A DNA stretch of 37,838 bases from Tubiluchus corallicola (Eukaryota; Animalia; Priapulida), in the NCBI GenBank assembly GCA_030141605.1, contig JAQGDQ010001498.1, positions 1 through 37,838 of the forward strand, in the 5' to 3' direction. The stretch's first letter is position 1. Each line of letters starts with the position of its first letter. This document shows positions 36,877-37,838 of the stretch, one piece after another. Below the pieces are notes generated by a model, which saw nothing but the letters and a program-made list of their open reading frames with translations, was not told the origin of the DNA and made no database searches. A program made the position numbers and the translations under genes.

Positions 36877-37838
36877 AAAGAAAAGGAAGAGACGAGAAAG
36901 GAAGGAAAGAAAAGAGAAAAAATAGAGGGGAGGACACGAGAGGCAAGAAGAGAAGAGAAGGGAAGGAAATGGAAGGCAAGGGATAGGGAAGAGAAGAGAA
37001 GAGAAGAGAAGAGAAGAGAAGAGAAGAGAAGAGAAGAGAAGAGAAGAGAGAAGAGAAGAGAGAAGAGAGAAGAGAGAAGAGAAGAGAAGAGAAGAGAAGA
37101 GAAGAAAAGAGAAGAGCAGAGAAGAGAGAAGAGAAGAGAAGAGAAGAAAAGAGAGAAGAGAAGAGAAGAGAAGAGAAGAGAAGAGAAGAGAAGAGAAGAG
37201 AAGAGAAGAGAAGAGAGAAGCGAAGAGAAGAGAAGAGAAGAGAAGAGAGAAGAGAAGAGAAGAGAAGAGAGAAGAGAAGAAAAGAGAGAAGAGAAGAGAA
37301 GAGAAGAGAAGAGAAGAGAGAAGAGAAGAGAGAAGAGAAGAAAAGAGAGAAGAGAAGAGAAGAGAAGAGAGAAGAGAAGAGAAGAGAAGAGAAGAGAAGA
37401 GAGAAGAGAAGAAAAGAGAGAAGAGAAGAGAAGAGAAGAGAAGAGAAGAGAAGAGAAGAGAAGAGAAGAGAAGAGAAGAGAAGAGAAGAGAAGAGAAGAG
37501 AAGAGAAGAGAAGAGAAGAGAAGAGAAGAGAAGAGAAGAGAAGAGAAGAGAAGAGAAGAGAAGAAAAGAGAACAGAACCGAACAGAAGAAAGGAAATGGA
37601 AGAGAAGAGAAGAGAAGAGAAGAGAGAAGAGAGAAGAGAAGAGAAGAGAAGAGAAGAGAAGAGAAGAGAAGAGAAGAGAAGAGAAGAGAAGAGAAGAGAA
37701 GAGAAGAGAAGAGAAGAGAAGAGAAGAGAAGAGAAGAGAAGAGAAGAGAAGAGAAGAGAAGAGAAGAGAAGAGAAGAGAGAGAAGAGAAGAGAAGAAAAC
37801 AGAAGGGAAGGGAAAAGGAAGGGAAAGGAAGAAAGAAA
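36877..37838. repeat. (GAGAA)n satellite / polypurine tract
   Basis: Almost pure A/G strand with a pentamer core at ~36989-37795. Confidence 0.98.

Overview
AT-rich, intron-containing invertebrate animal DNA, not prokaryotic; I see no CRISPR, rRNA or tRNA genes. From left to right: (1) a decayed Ty3/Gypsy LTR retrotransposon on the minus strand (LTR, tRNA-His primer-binding site, broken gag and protease) plus the end of a related LTR in the opposite orientation; (2) a possible small spliced orphan gene built on a 36-bp hairpin repeat; (3) a CR1/L2-group LINE on the minus strand (ORF1, PHD finger, AP endonuclease, no reverse transcriptase); (4) a tandem duplication of a C-type lectin gene, where copy B (20107-23389) is complete, copy A has lost its signal-peptide exon, and coding divergence between them is concentrated in the sugar-binding loop; (5) a minus-strand six-exon model of a type I membrane protein with a SUEL/rhamnose-lectin-like domain, CUB domain, Ser/Thr stalk, TM helix and an acidic ~354-aa tail carrying nine tandem 16-aa repeats, eight with Tyr. 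Non-autonomous DNA transposons and micro/minisatellites fill the rest. The best candidate for an undescribed system is this lectin-CUB receptor with its Tyr-repeat tail, lying tail-to-tail with the diversifying secreted lectin pair. All alignments and counts were made by eye.
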